Source of the DNA: the human T2T-CHM13v2.0 reference genome, Homo sapiens | Assembly (NCBI RefSeq): GCF_009914755.1 | Contig: NC_060927.1 | DNA length: 64,000 nucleotides | Reading direction: 5' to 3' (one strand) | Shown: positions 48,528 to 63,432 of the stretch, piece by piece | Layout of the letters: each line of letters opens with the position of its first letter | How positions within the stretch are numbered: position 1 is the first letter of the stretch | The notes under the pieces: generated by a model | The model's database searches: none | The model's input: only the letters and a program-made list of their open reading frames with translations | What the model was told of the DNA's origin: nothing | Position numbers and translations under genes: made by a program

Positions 48528-49957
48528 ATTTGGAAACTCATACATTGCTGTATATACATTTTCTCTAAATCTTAAAAGCAGTCTACAAAGAGGAATCATC
48601 GACTCCCCTTTTTCAGGTGAGGAGACTGAGGCCTACAGGGGGTGCCAGGATGACCCAGGTAGGAAGTAGGTGAGTCAGAGTTCAAGCCCAAGTGGTGGGA
48701 CCCTGAGACCCAGTGGTCCCCTCCGCCTCACCACCTCCTGTCCCTGCAATGTGCACACATTTCTCTGACATCTCCAAGCACCATGGGGGAGCAGTGCCCC
48801 TGGTGGGGCCATGCGGGGCGGGCTGACGAGCTCATCCCGACTCGGAACTCGCAAGCCTTTTCACTGTGTGCAGACGCTGGTTTCCGCTGCAGGTGGCTTC
48901 TCAGTGTAGGACGAGCAGGGAAGGGAGCGAGTTATGTCACAGTTTCCAACACAACATCCAGTCACCCTGCCAGGTGCCCTGTCCCTGTCAGATCACTCAA
49001 CCCTGGGCTAGAAGGACCCTGAAAGACCCTCTGCTCCCACGGGCCGGGGTGGAGGTCCCACTAGATGGGCACAGCAGAGAGATGGGCACACAGACCCCAC
49101 TCAGCTGCGGTGCCCCCTCCTGGTGCCTCCTTCAGACCTCCTTCAGACCCAGGGCAGTGGGTCCAGCCCTGTTCTGCTCTGCTTCTGTCTCTGCTGCTCC
49201 TCACGAGGCCTGCAGGACCCCAGTGCCCAGTGCAGAATGTGACGTCTCCGGCTCCCGTGAAGCCTGGAGTGGGGGCCCCAGCAGGCGGCCTGGAGCAGAG
49301 GGCACAACCAGTGGCCCAGGTGGTAGGGAGTGACGGCCCTTTGCTGCCAATTCTGCCCTGAGCCAGGGCTGGGCTGCAGATCTTGGCACCTGCTTTCCAG
49401 CCTGCAGATTAGGACATGACTTCTGGCTCTGGCCTCCGGGGTCAGGCAGGGGATGCCCACCCCACTCCCCAGGAGCTGGGCCATGACAGAGGCGTCTTCC
49501 TGAGGAAGAGCCTGAATGAAGAGGGGGTCCCAGGGCCCTCTGTGGCTCTGCCCTCATCAGATTGAGAATCAGGGCAGGCTGCCCCTCCCTTCAAGGTCCC
49601 AGTTTCCCTATCAGTAACACGGTGGGCTGGACTCAATGCCTGCAAGCCCTCTGAGGAACACCACCCTTCGAGATTCTCCACATCATGAGAGTCTCCCAAG
49701 CCCCTCCCCTACAGCCCCCACCCACAGCAGCCTCCTTTGGACCTGGTGTGTGTGCCTTGGTAGGGGGCGAGGGGGAGAACAGGCAGATCTGAAAATCCTC
49801 CCATTCTATTGCTAAAGCTTTGAGCAGGGACTCGCAATAAACACTCACCAACCTAATCAACTGTACAAAGGAGCAAATGAGTCCCCATCTCAGACTTCAG
49901 GCCCCAGAGCCTCAGGTTGCAGGGGAGCGTTGGCCTCGCCGGGAAGCCCATCCCACA

Positions 49958-50060
49958 CTGTCTGACCCCAGAGCTCACGCCTCTGCTCCAGGCCTGTGCA
50001 CCTCCCTCCTGTCTGACCCCAGAGCCCACGCCTCTGCTCCAGGCCTGTGCACCTCCCTCC
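49958..50060. repeat. 51-bp tandem duplication
   Basis: ctgtctgaccccagagc(t/c)cacgcctctgctccaggcctgtgcacctccctc at 49958 and 50009. Confidence 0.92.
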
Positions 50061-53000
50061 GGCTCGCCTCGTCTTTGCAGCCCGAGGGCACATCACACAC
50101 GCCCGGGACTGGAAGCACTTCAGTCAGGCGCCAAATCTGTGCTTCCAGGCACAGATCACAGGGAACAACGGCTGGTCCTTAAAGAGATGCAGCCGGGCCT
50201 CCGCTCCTAAGAGGAGGATTCAAAACAATCTCATCACCCTAAGTTCACAGAAGCACAGAGACAGACAAGCAGTTTCCCTGCAGGTCCCTGGAGCTGAAGC
50301 AGGAAGCCCCTTGGTGGCCCACAGGCTGCTGCTGAGCTGCTGGGAGGCACCGTCAGGGAGGGGAGTGTGGGACCCTCACTGTGCTGCCCCCGACCCAGGA
50401 TGGAGGAGCAATGTTCACCTCAAGTCTGAAGGAATTCCACCCTTCACCAAGCCCTTTCTAACCTGGCCTGAAACCACTGTGAGCAGGCAGAGCAGGGCAT
50501 CCTTCCCTGATGGTTGGGGGTGAGTGAGGGCCCAGGCCTGCCTGAGAACTTGAGAGGGGCCTTTGTTCCCAGTTGGCCGCGGTGTGGGGCAGAGGGGGTT
50601 GGGGAAAGAGATCAGGCGGCAGCCACTGAACTCAGAATGGGCAGGAGATGGGAGTGCCTGGCGCTGGTAGTTCAGGGTGGCTTTGGGCCCCGGGGCAGGG
50701 TATCTTTGGGGATAGGATTGCAATGGTGGTGGCCTGGGGCAGACTTTCTGGGCCTGTGGCAGCCCAGGATTCCGCTCTGGGCACTCCTGGGTTCCTGGCT
50801 GCCCTGGGTCAGCAGGTCCAGAACATGCTTGGGAGTGGCCGGGCCTCCCTCTCCAGGAAGGGAAGGCCTGACAGTCACCCACAGTCTTCCCTTCCATCCT
50901 GGAGCCAGGGTCCTGGGGGTCATCAGTTTAATCCCTCCCCCGACTCAAACGCCCCCATTCAATCTGTCACCGGGTCCTGTCCAGTCTATTGAATAGCATC
51001 AGCTTGTGCAATGTGGCAGCCCTTCCACACTCCAAAAAAAAAAAAAAAAATCAAACCCAACTTCAAACCACCCCAAAAAAAAGAAATGGCTGGGCCATCC
51101 TACTGCAACCAGTGTGGCACCACAGGATTCTTCAGCAAACGTGGACAAAAGTGAGCACAGTGTGGAATTTTCCACATAGCTATGAACCCATTTGAGCCAG
51201 AGGACATCACCTCTTGATGGCCCCAATCAGCAACTACGCAGTGCAGTATTAGACCCTAAAAAAGTGGCTTTTCTGAGTTTATCTGAACTGATAAATAAAA
51301 ATATAATTTAAGTGAAAATACCCAGTATTGACAAGTACATGCAGCCATGGGCACTCTAGGACTCTGCTGCTAGGAGTATAAATCAGGACAGGAAGTTATC
51401 GAACTTAAATGATGTGGACGCTTGACTATTTTCTGGCTGAACTCGTAAAGATGTTTTGCTCTACAGCAACACTCTGGGCTCTCAGCCCCACCTTCCTGAT
51501 TAGGACTCAGCTCTACCCAGTTTCTTCCTGGGGCAGGAAGAACTATCCTATGTCAACCTTTCCCTTTCTAGGGCAGAAACACAGATACCTTAGTGACAGA
51601 GCTTGGCTATAAAGTGATGGTCACATTTTACCAGCATACATGAGTCTCTAGGTGGGACTTTTGGGTTAGAGAACAGCCAGACTGGCTCCTATATCCCTGC
51701 CCCGACCTCTTGAGCTCAGCTGCTGGACATCTCACCACCCACTGTAGCTGCCTTGGGGATGCTTCTCCCAAAAACCCAGCCCATTGAACAGGACTGGTGA
51801 ACACACCAGTGTGAGTCCTTAACTGCGCCTCTGAATTTATTATCTCTCTCAGACACCTGGGCTACATGCAGACCAAGGAATGGGCCGAGGCACCTCTTCC
51901 AAGTCCCTGAATATTCCTGGCAGTTCAGAGTCTCTGGAACATCCTATGAGCGTTAGGTGGCTGCCGCCCAGCCCCTTTCCATAGATTTGTGCAAAGGAAA
52001 TAAGACCAATGTGTGCAGCAGTACATACGAGGATGTCCACAGCAGTGTTGTTTCTGATTATAAACATCTGGAAATAACCTAAATGAGCATCGACAAGGGG
52101 ATGACTGAAATTAATTCTGTATCCACACACTGGAAATAACATCAAAATGGGGTAAAGATCTAGTTTGATGGCTGTTCTTATGAAAAAGCCTTGGGGATTT
52201 TTTGTGGACTATAAGATGAATGTGAGCTGATGTCATGATGTGGCCGAGAAGCCAGTCACCAACATGAATAAAAAGCCAGGAGCAAAAATAGCCCTGCTGC
52301 CCGCCACAGTTCTCAGACACAGCAGAAGACAGTGTCTGGGGGCTGCACAGACAGTCCAGAGCCTGAGGGCAGGGACAGCAGACCTGGGACACCTGCATGC
52401 CCTACCCACTCCTCCCTGGCAGACATTGCTAATTGATCACAGACTCCCTCCTAAAGAGCTTGGATGAAGCCTCAGCCTCCTTCCAACACAGCACTCCATA
52501 CAACTGATCCCAGCTAGCATGTGAGATGGACTCTATTTGCCAAGGCCAAATAACAGTATGCCAGGAAGCAGTATAACAGTATGCTCCTATCAAGAGCTGG
52601 GGCTGTGCAGCCGGGAGGAAAGCAGCCTCGGGGAGATGATGTGATCCCCATCATCAAGCCTCTGACAGGCTGACAAGCCGAGGCTAGAGATTTCTCCTGC
52701 AGGCAGAACTATGACTGCCAATACCCGACGTGATGAAGTACACTCTCATGTGGTTAGGGCTGCTTAGGAGGTGGTGAGTTCTCTGTCACTGGAGGTGTGC
52801 AAGCTGCGGCAGGTCAGACACCCGTCAGAGAGGTGGTACAAGGGACTCCAATCCTGGCTGGAAGCCTCTATCCCAGGGCCATATGACCTGTCTGAGTCTG
52901 CCATCTTTACACCGAGGTCTCAGCTTAACCCCACTTCCTCCACAAGGCCACCCTCACCCCACACACTCTTCCCCACCCCGGGGATCACCTGATCTCGTGT

Positions 53001-55888
53001 GCAGTCCATCTGCACCATGGAGGAGTCTTGCTCTGTGAGGGTGGGAGACAACTGCCCAAGCATCCCCCAAAGCCCTGGCCTCCAGCAAAGATGGGAATGG
53101 CCATGAGCAGGAGGCCTGCTCCTTCCCATGAGATGAGTTCTGTATGTCCTGGATGGGCCCCTGGTGGTGGGACAGGCCAAGGACAGGGCCAGAGAGCACG
53201 TAAGGGCCTGGAGCTGCATGTGGATGCATCCACACTCTGCCCCAGAGCCCATCACGTGCTAAGGCACAGTGAGCCCTCCTTTCCCAGACTGGGGACTCCA
53301 AGCTTTGGTCACTGAAAGGTCGCCAAGCTCTTCCCCCTTCTCCAGTTTTCCAAACATGTTTTCCTGTGATGGAAGTGGTATGTGGTGTTTTATGTGGGGA
53401 CATGGCTGGGTGAAGCGCTAGATCCCTATAGGACAGTGTTGCAATGGACACCTCGCAGGAATAGAGATCACAACTTGAAGAGTTTCCTCCTGCTGCCCCG
53501 CCCCACCCAGGCTTTCTGCCAAGCAAGGGGCCAAGCAGGCTCCTGGGTGGAATTCTAGCTCTACTGCTTACCAGCTGTGTGACCACAGGAGGAATTAATG
53601 CTGTGCCTCAGGTTCCTTCCTCTAAAATTGGGGTAATTAGTGTATCTACTTCACAGGACTGTGAAGACTTAGTGGAGCTAATTAATACAGTGAGGTCCTT
53701 AAGAAAGTGCTTGGCTCTTAAAAAGCACTTTTCAATGGCTGTCTTGGGTTATTCTCTGATCTACAAGCCCCAGCAGCTGGAGGCAGGAAGGGCAGACAAG
53801 CCTAGTGCCCCAAGCCAGGGTCACCTGCCCTGCACCCTGCCTGCTGTTGGGACCCTCTCTTCGAGACACCCACCTCCAGGCTGGAGAGCCTGACCCCAGG
53901 GTGGAGGGAGACCTGGACCCAGACACCTTCCACTGGCCTGTTCCCTGGACTGGGGAGCTCATGGGGATGGGTGAGAAAGGCAGACAGTCCAACCCCAGCC
54001 CCTCAGCCCAGACCTGTTGGATGCCACGTCCCGACTCGCCAGGGAATGAGTCAGGGCTGGGGGGCTGTGGCCTCTCAGCCACGGATGTCTCTAATTATGG
54101 CCTATGAAGTAATGAATGACTTTTCTCAAGAAAAATGTTAGCCAGGGGAGGTTCTGGGCACCAGTGAGGGTACAAGATGAAAGCAGTGACCCACTGTTCA
54201 CCCCCAATATCGACAACGACAATGGTAGTAACAGCGAATGTCTATATGGCTAGTGATGTTCTAAGCTGTATATGGAACACATTCAGTGCTCTCAATACCC
54301 TGCAGGCACGGAAAGGTGGCACCCATCCCCAAGGGCATATGGGCAGCTTGGCCAGGACGCCCGAACACTTGCCCATTGTGTTCATGCAACTTCTTACGGA
54401 GAGGGCAAACACACATGTATGTACACACATATACATACGCAAACACAAGTATACACGGGTCTGAATTATACAGCAGCAACTTCTCCACAAACCTGCCAGG
54501 TACAAGATGCCGTGGTGGGTGTGTTTAAAATACATGACCTGTAACTCAACCACCGTCGCTGGGAGGTAGCTAGGACTGCTCCCTTCTGCAGATGACAAAC
54601 TCAGGGATGGAAGAGTTGAGTCACCAAGTCAAGGTTGTGAGTATAAGACAGAGTTGTGTGGGACCTGACCCCACACCATGCCTCTCCTGCCCAGCTGCTC
54701 AGGGGAAAAGCATGCTGCTGGCAGCTTGGACAGGGCTGGGTCCAGAGCCTAGGGGTCCTGGGGTTGTGCACAGTTATGAGATAAATCAGAGAAATAAGCC
54801 TAGCCACGTGTGGCCAGAGGGTGGCCACATCACATGGCAAAGCCACCCTCTTCAGAGGGGGCCGGGCCCCATGCTAGAGGAAGCAGGCAATCTTGAAAGC
54901 CTGTCTGTGGTTAAATGTCCATGCCAGCAGCCTCAGGCCAGACTCCTGGCAGTCTGCACAGGCCAGAGCAAAACAGCCTCCTGAAGTACGTATGCCCATC
55001 ACGCCTCCAGGCCTCATGGCTTCCCCTATACTCTGCTTTCAGGGTTTCTGATTTCCAGAAAGGGAGCCTAGACTGGGCAGGCACAATTCATTTCCAGCCC
55101 TCACAAGCTCCCTCTTGGGGCTTTCTGTGGCTCTTCTCTGCCTAGGCCACATTAACCAAGGTTAGTCACCCAGAGGAAGGAAGGGGATGGTCTTGTTCTG
55201 CACAGGGCTATCTTCACCTCTATGCCCCCGTCTCGGGGAGGGATGGGACACAGCCAGGCAGGGTCTGGGGGGCGGGTGGGGGCACATCCTCTGAGCAAGA
55301 GCAGGGATGGCACAGCTGGAGAGAGGTGGCCGCCACCCCTGCCAGGTCTCTGCAGGGTGGTCCTGGTGCAGAGAGAACAGGCAGGTTTGTGAGGCCAGGG
55401 GCAGGAGCTTCAGACAGCTAGCAGTTTTGAACAGTTCAGCAATTTAAGAAGGGGCTGCTTTAAGGGCTAGTGCAGGTGTTCAAGCAGGGTCTGGAAAAAT
55501 CAGTCTTTCTGGGCTGATGTGGCTGGGGGTGGGTCACCCACACGTATGCTCACCCACTATGCCACTATGCGACGGGGGAGCCCAGCACAAGCTAAGTACA
55601 CAGATTTCACCCCTGCAACAAGCCTGTCAAGAAAGCACTGCTCTTCCCATTCTCCATATGAGAAAATGGAGGCTCAAGAAGGGCCCACTGTGATCCTTGC
55701 CCAGGACTGCAGACCACAGAGCAGAGCCAAGATTCAAATCCATGTCATTCTTCTAGTCCTTCCCATTCTGGAATGTTCTCGGGACTGCAGTCCCCAAGAG
55801 TTAGCCTGGCCCCAAGGAGCAGAATGCAAGGATACAAAGAAATGGACCTCAAAGGAAAACCGAATGTGCAAAGAAGGGACATAAAGTT

Positions 55889-56964
<1,076 letters not shown>

Positions 56965-58959
56965 TTAGAATAAAAGAAGAGACATAGAGCTGGTGTAGCC
57001 AGCAAGACAGGAACAGTGAGGGCTTTCCCAGGGGAGGCTGTTCTAGTGCCGGTCAGCCATACCCACTTCTCTAGTCTTGAGCGGAGGCAGCATCCCCACT
57101 GATGCCTAAAGCCTTACAGCCTGGCACGCAGTTCTAGGAGAATGATGCCTGGCTGTTGACCAAAAAGACTTATGGACTCCTGAGGTCCTTCCTAGGGAGC
57201 AGTAGGGTGAGGACCTCCTAGATGAGGCCCAGCAATGCTGGTCGCCTCCCCTGGCAGGCAGGGTTTGGATGAACATGACCGGGTGGTGAGGAGGAGGGGT
57301 GAGGTCGCAGCACCCCCAGTGGAAACCTAGGGAGGGTGGACAGAAAGGGAACGAGTGAGCCCTGGAGGAGCACATGTAATGGGCACAGATGTTGAGTCCC
57401 GTGCTCAGAGCCTCCAGACGCTGCCAAGGTCTGGGACGGAGGGGCTGGTGGAGATGGAGCCCTCACATGGAAAGATTTAGAGCGAGAGTCTGCAGGAAGC
57501 ACTGGCACAAAGTGACGGCCACCTAAACATCCCATGTGACTTCCGCTGGCTAACCAGGAGCACCATATCTAAAACGGGACAATACAGAAGTCACCCCTAC
57601 AGGGCGTGGCGGGAGAAGGTGGGGGTCAGGAGGGTTTCTGCGTTTACCCAGTTCCCAGGTTTGGAGAAATGAGGATATCCAGGAATTGCAGAGGAACCCA
57701 AGAAACCGGACATCCCGCTGTCCAGGCACTGCCCCTTTGAGGCCTAGTAGACAGCCCAACCTCAGGCTCCAAACTGAGCTTCCTACACCAGGCCAGCTCC
57801 CCACAGCCTTCCCATCTCAGCGGGGTGCAGTTGGGGTCCTTGGAGCTGCTCACTGAGCGTCACTCTTGGCAACTCTTTCTCAGACCCTCCTCCCCATCAG
57901 TCAGCACATCGGGCTGCTCCGCCTTCAACACAGAGCCCGCATCTGCCAGCCTGTGTGGCCCTCATCTTTTCCCTGTGTGACTGCCATGGCCTCTCCAGGC
58001 TCTTCTAGCCTCACATGCCACCCCACCCCGCCCCTCTCCACCCAGCAACTGAGGTCCTGTGAAAACACAACCCTGACCACATTCTCCTCTCATTTGGCGG
58101 GACCCAGGAGACTCTGCAGGACCCAGCCATTCCTCCTGCCACCCTCCTCTGAACCCCCTGGCCACTCCAGCCCAGCCCCCTGGCCTCCTGGCTGTTCCTC
58201 TCCGCTCTGGCACGCTCTCACCCCAAGACCTGTGCAGGTGCTGTTCCCACTGCTCAGAGCGGACTTCCCCCAGGCTGCCTGGCTCCCTCCCTCACTCCAT
58301 CCAGGTCTCTGAAGATAACTGGAGGGATGTGGCTGAGAAGGAAGAGGAGAAGATGGGGAGGTGGCAGAAGAGGGATGAGGGCTCCAAGAAGGCATGTGGT
58401 TTGAGCTGGAAGAGACCTGAGCATATCTGAATGGTGACAGGCAGCGACCCTGGCCGGAGGAAGAGGTCGGGCTCGTGGGTGGGCACACCACCGGAGGCAG
58501 AAATCCTCCTCTGGGGCCTCACTGTTCTCTGAGGGGCAGGAAGGGAGGCCAGTCAGCTGCTGATAGGGCCTGATCCTTCATCCCCTCAGTAAGGTGGGGC
58601 TCAGCCAGGGACAGTTTCAGGAAGCTAGGTCTGAACTGAGCAAGCCAGGGGGAAACAGAGAATGTCTCCCACCCTGTGCCTGGCTGCAGGGAGCACACCC
58701 ACAGCGCTGTCTCCATGCCTCTTGGTCTCCGTGCGCCGTAGACAGACCTGTCCAATGGCCCATCAGAGCCTGGAACTGCCGGGGCAGCCCGACCCGATCC
58801 GCGAGGGACACTGAGGCTGATTGTCCGGTTGCCTCCAGAGAAGATGAGCCTGGGCGGAGACCGGCCTCACTGACATGCCCCCGCCCTGGCCTCAGGCCTG
58901 CCCTGCTGAGGCCCGATAAGGCCCGGCCCAGGTCCGCCTCAGGCTGCAGCATTATCTTT

Positions 58960-59110
58960 AACGACTGTCACCCAGACCTCCAGAAGTGGCTTTTATATAT
59001 ATAGAAAAATATAGGACTCGAACAATGAACTTTTCAAAGCGGGAGGCTATTTTTAGAGCTTTGCTGACTGATCCAACATTGAGCATCTCCCTATGTGTCA
59101 GCAGCTGCTG
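58960..59110 (-). promoter_or_regulatory. Candidate internal promoter/enhancer (TATA + MEF2 + E-box)
   Basis: Minus-strand TATAAAAG at 58990-58997, CTATTTTTAG at 59047-59056, CAGCTG at 59102-59107; motif evidence only. Confidence 0.4.
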
Positions 59111-61414
59111 GAGAGATGGGCAGACGGCACGAGGAGTCGGGCAGCAGTCAGCGTACAGGGGGCTTCTCAGGCCACCCAACCACATGAAGGAAGATGCAGT
59201 TTTTCGCACTGCCCCTGCCCTCTGGTCCCGAATGCTCTGTACAGCTCCGTCAGGCATCTACCACCCTAATGTTGTCATGACAGGAGTGACAGTAACATTA
59301 TGGGCTAGAGTCCAACACTTGAGTTGGAACCCCAACTTCTCTGAGCCTTGGTTTCCTACCTGCACAGTGGGGGCAAGGCCGCCCCTTCACAGCATCACAG
59401 TGGAGTCAGTGAGAGTGTTCCAGGAAGCCCCACCAACAGCTAATGCCATGCCTAATTAGAGGGTAATTATTTCAGGAGAGACCTCTGGTCCTCAGACATG
59501 GCTGGTTCTCATCAGCGCGTAGTCGGGTGGGGGACAGAAAGAAAGGTCTCCGTGTCCTGTGAACCCAGGGCCACACAGCCAAGGCAGCCCTTGTCCTGTC
59601 AAAGGCAGTCTTTCCGGCCCCAGGGAGGTGATGGCTCCAGCCTCCCCAGCCCAGGCCTCGCTCCCAAACATAAAGAGTACCGTCAGCCTGCAGGGGCCAG
59701 GCCACACCCTCCACGGCTGCTGTGAGACCCTCTCTCACTCAAAGAGCCCAGGAACCTGAGTGGGTTTTGGAGATGAGAATGCAGGTTCCAGGAGACAGGC
59801 TGGGGATGAGAGGGCAGCCCCTAGAACCTGGAATCAGATCTCCCTCCCCCCTCACAGCTTCAGGGGCTCGCATGGGAAAGAGCCCGAGGGCCTTGGTGGC
59901 TGTGGATCAATGGCAGTGTGGAGCCCAGGGCTGGGAGAGGCCCTGGGGCATGTGGATGGCAGCACAGGGCGTCTGATGGGGGCTGCGTGGCAAACATGGG
60001 GGAGAGGGGTTCCCCTCAGCAGGAGGGAAGGAAAAGAGGGATTTGCAGGGACCATCTCCCCAGATCTCCGCTGTCTATCACACCAAGTTAGGTTTCCTCA
60101 CAGCATGGCTCCATATCTGACTCCATCTTTTATCCTGCTTTTTTATTTCTGTCTCTCCCCTTGAGGAGGTCAGCTCGGGAAGGGCAGTGTCTGTCTGTTT
60201 TCCTCACTGAAGTTTCCACAGTGCCTAAATAGGGCTGGGCACATGGCAGGCGCTCAGTCTGAATCTGCTCAATGAATGAATGATGCTGCTAGTGACTTGG
60301 GGACCTGCACAACCCTGGGAGTAGATGCCAGCACTCCTAACACAAAGGGGTCAGGACAGGATGCCCCGCAGTCAGGATGGAAAGCCACAGAGCGGGGCAG
60401 AACGGGTCCCCAGTGCCAAGGCACAGCTGGCTGGCTGTCTTCTTCTCCCGCAACTCCACAGGCCAACGGCAGGGCTGCTGCTCTCTCATTTACAGGTGGG
60501 GGCACCGAAGCCTGGAGAGAACAGGGGCTCAACAGTCACATAGCTGATGCGCAGCCCAGCCTGGCAGAGCCCCGTGACTCTGGAGCTGTGTCCACAGCCC
60601 TCCTCTGCTCTGCAGCTGGGTTGTGGAGACACCAAACCACTATGGAAACTGTGAGTTTCTCCACCGTACAGACACATGCTCACTGTGCTGAAAACACTGT
60701 CCTGCAGGCCTCAAGTCACCAAGGAACTTGAACTACCAAGATCAGCCCCACCCCTTGAGAATGCCCTGGGCTCAGCTCTCTGTGTGTTGCTTCAGCCCTG
60801 TGCCTACCCCACCCTCCCACAGTCCCAGGAGGCCTGCCGGGCTGGGCCGGGCATTGGCGGAGCCTCAGAAAGGAAGCAGGGGGCAGACTGGCTCCGCAGG
60901 CTGGCAACCTGCACTTTCACTTGGGCCGAGAGCCAGCTGGCAGGGGGGCTGTGAGGCTCTGGATAGGGGGCCGATGCCAACACCCTGCAATCAACCCCAG
61001 CCAGGGCCTCTGCCTGGTGAGGTGTCACTACAACAGGCATCACTATCAGTGCCACAGAGGGGCCCCAATCTGCCCGAGGATCTCACCCCACATGCTGGGG
61101 ACCAGAGCACCAAACCAGGGTAACAGGCTTAAAACAGGAAAAGTCAACCCCTAACGCCAATCCTGCAGCCAACCCCAGGACAGGCAGCCTTTAAAGAGAG
61201 GGGCTGGGCAAAGCCCTTTATTCTCCCGAGCGCCACCGGGCCAGGGCCAAGGTGAGGATGAGGCCCATCCCTCAGGGACCCTCGGCCTTGCCCCTGGGAG
61301 AGTTGGTCAGGAGACCTGGCACCTGCCCAGCTGCTCCCCATAAGGAGACCTCGGACTGCACGGAGCTCTCTGGAAGATAGATTCTGTGTGGGGGGTTCAC
61401 GAGGTCTCCAATAG

Positions 61415-61760
61415 AGACTGGCAGCCCCTGGCCCAACTTGGTCCACAAAACATGCTCTCTGTGGCCCAAACAGTGTTTCAAAAACTAGAACGAATCACTA
61501 ACATTTCAGCAACTTAAGATTTTATATGAAAATCTAAGTTTCGGACTCATCTTGGGGACCTGACCACCCTGGGTCCATATTCCCACTTGATAACAGTCAG
61601 ACAAAGCGAGGTGGCAGCCGCATCCATCAGACAGCACATGTTCTGTCACCACCAAAGTCCCCACCACTGCCACAGTCCCCACCACTCCTTATCGCCCACC
61701 CACACCTGGGCCACCCCTTCTCTTCCTGCCTATTGACGGCATCCATGTTTGCCTATGATG
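61415..61760 (+). mobile_element. MER102-like hAT element
   Basis: gtggcccaaacagtgttt...aacattt...ccctgggtccatattcccac...gccacagtccccaccactcc. Confidence 0.6.
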
Positions 61761-63239
61761 CTTACACAGGACCAAAATTCAAGGCCCAACGCAAAGAACA
61801 GAACTAGGATCTACAGTTTGGGACCAGTTGTTCCCAAGAAACCTAATTTAGAACACCAATTCCCGAGAGGCAGGGTTCAAGAACTCCCACAGCTCTGCAT
61901 GGCTGGTGGGAACACCAAGGCCTTCTGCTCCACTGGGTCCTGTGAGTGTGTGGTTTTTACAAGGCTCTAGCAAATTAATACCGTCGCAGTGACCACAATC
62001 CACAATCCCATGGTCATCATAACCACCAAGCCTCAATTCACCAGACGCCCTCGTTCCTAAGTTTCCTAGGGTTAGAATATAATTTTCAAAGCCATCTGAT
62101 ACCTGGTGTTTATTCCAAAACTGGATTCTAAGAGGATGTTCTTGGGTTCAAATTCAAGCTGTTCCCACCCTCGGCAGCCCCCTCCGTCCACCTGTGAGAA
62201 TGCCAACCTGAGTTTGGAGGAATGCCCAATGGCTCCAGAAGCGTCCCTGGGGAGTGTGGGGGGAGCTCTACGTGCAATCGGGAGACCAGGTCTCTCTACA
62301 GCTCCCCTACTTCCAGGCTGAGTGGCCCCAGGCAAGTGCCCTCCACTCTCTGGGCTTCTGTTGTCTCATCTTCACAACGGGTGTCACTCCTGCTCCGCTT
62401 GCCCAACGGGAGCGTGGGAATCGAGGGAAGACACACTTTACCAACTGTAAATCCCACGTGGAGCTGTTTCTGCTCTGTGCCATCAGCCAGAGAGGAAAGG
62501 CTCAACCCCCTTAACTCCTCAAGTCTTGTGGCTGGGCTTGTCCAGGTCAGAAAGAGGGACATCAGGAGAAGTGTTCCCCAGCCCAGCGCCAAATTAAGCC
62601 CTGAGGGATCAGGAAACGAGATACGTCCATCTCTGTGCCTGCATAGAGGGCTTTATGCTTCCAAAGGCCTCCTTCCTTCCACTCTGCCACAGCTTACCTG
62701 GTCTCAAGATACAAAGTTTACAAGACTGCTTCCCTTGCCATGACCTCATCTGCATGGCCTCACCTTCTCCCCTTGTTCCTTTACTTTCTTCATTAACCAT
62801 TCCTATAGCCTGCCCTCTGCCAGACGCTTGTCCCTGGCTAAGAAGGGTGGTTCTTGTTGGTTCTGAGTGCACGGAGATGACCAGAAGCTTCCAACCCCTG
62901 GGCTCACTCGGAAAGATTTTTCAGAATATACACACGCACAGAGCCAAAAATCTTCCCGGCTGAGCCAAATTAAATACAGAGGCCTCTAGTTATTTCCATA
63001 CGCACCAAATGGACTTAAATAAAGCAGTTCTCTGTGGCAGGCTCCAGCAGAGAGAGCTAGGCTGGGCCCCAGGGACACCCCAGGAGAGCCAGGCTGGAGG
63101 CACAGGCTGGGGAGGCTGGCTCTGGACAGGGTGTGGACAGAGAGGAGGAGACAGATGCCCATCGCGCAGAAGGCCTTCCTCATGGCCCGCCCTGCCAGCC
63201 AGGGCCTGTGGTGGGGCCATCTTGGCCCAGACAATCTTG

Positions 63240-63432
63240 GTCTTTTTTAGGTGCATAGCAAAACTGAAAGGAAAGTATGGCATTCCCATGTACCCACTGC
63301 CCCAACACAGGCACAGCCACTATCAACATCCACACTAGAGTGGCACGTTTTTACAGTCCATGAACTACGGTGACACATCATCATCACCAGGGTCCACAGT
63401 CTACATTCGGCTCCACACTTGGTGTTGTAAAC
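63240..63432 (-). mobile_element. L1MC-type 3' end fragment
   Basis: ttttaggtgcatagcaaaactgaaaggaaagta...gacacatcatcatcacc...gtccacagtctacatt. Confidence 0.7.
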
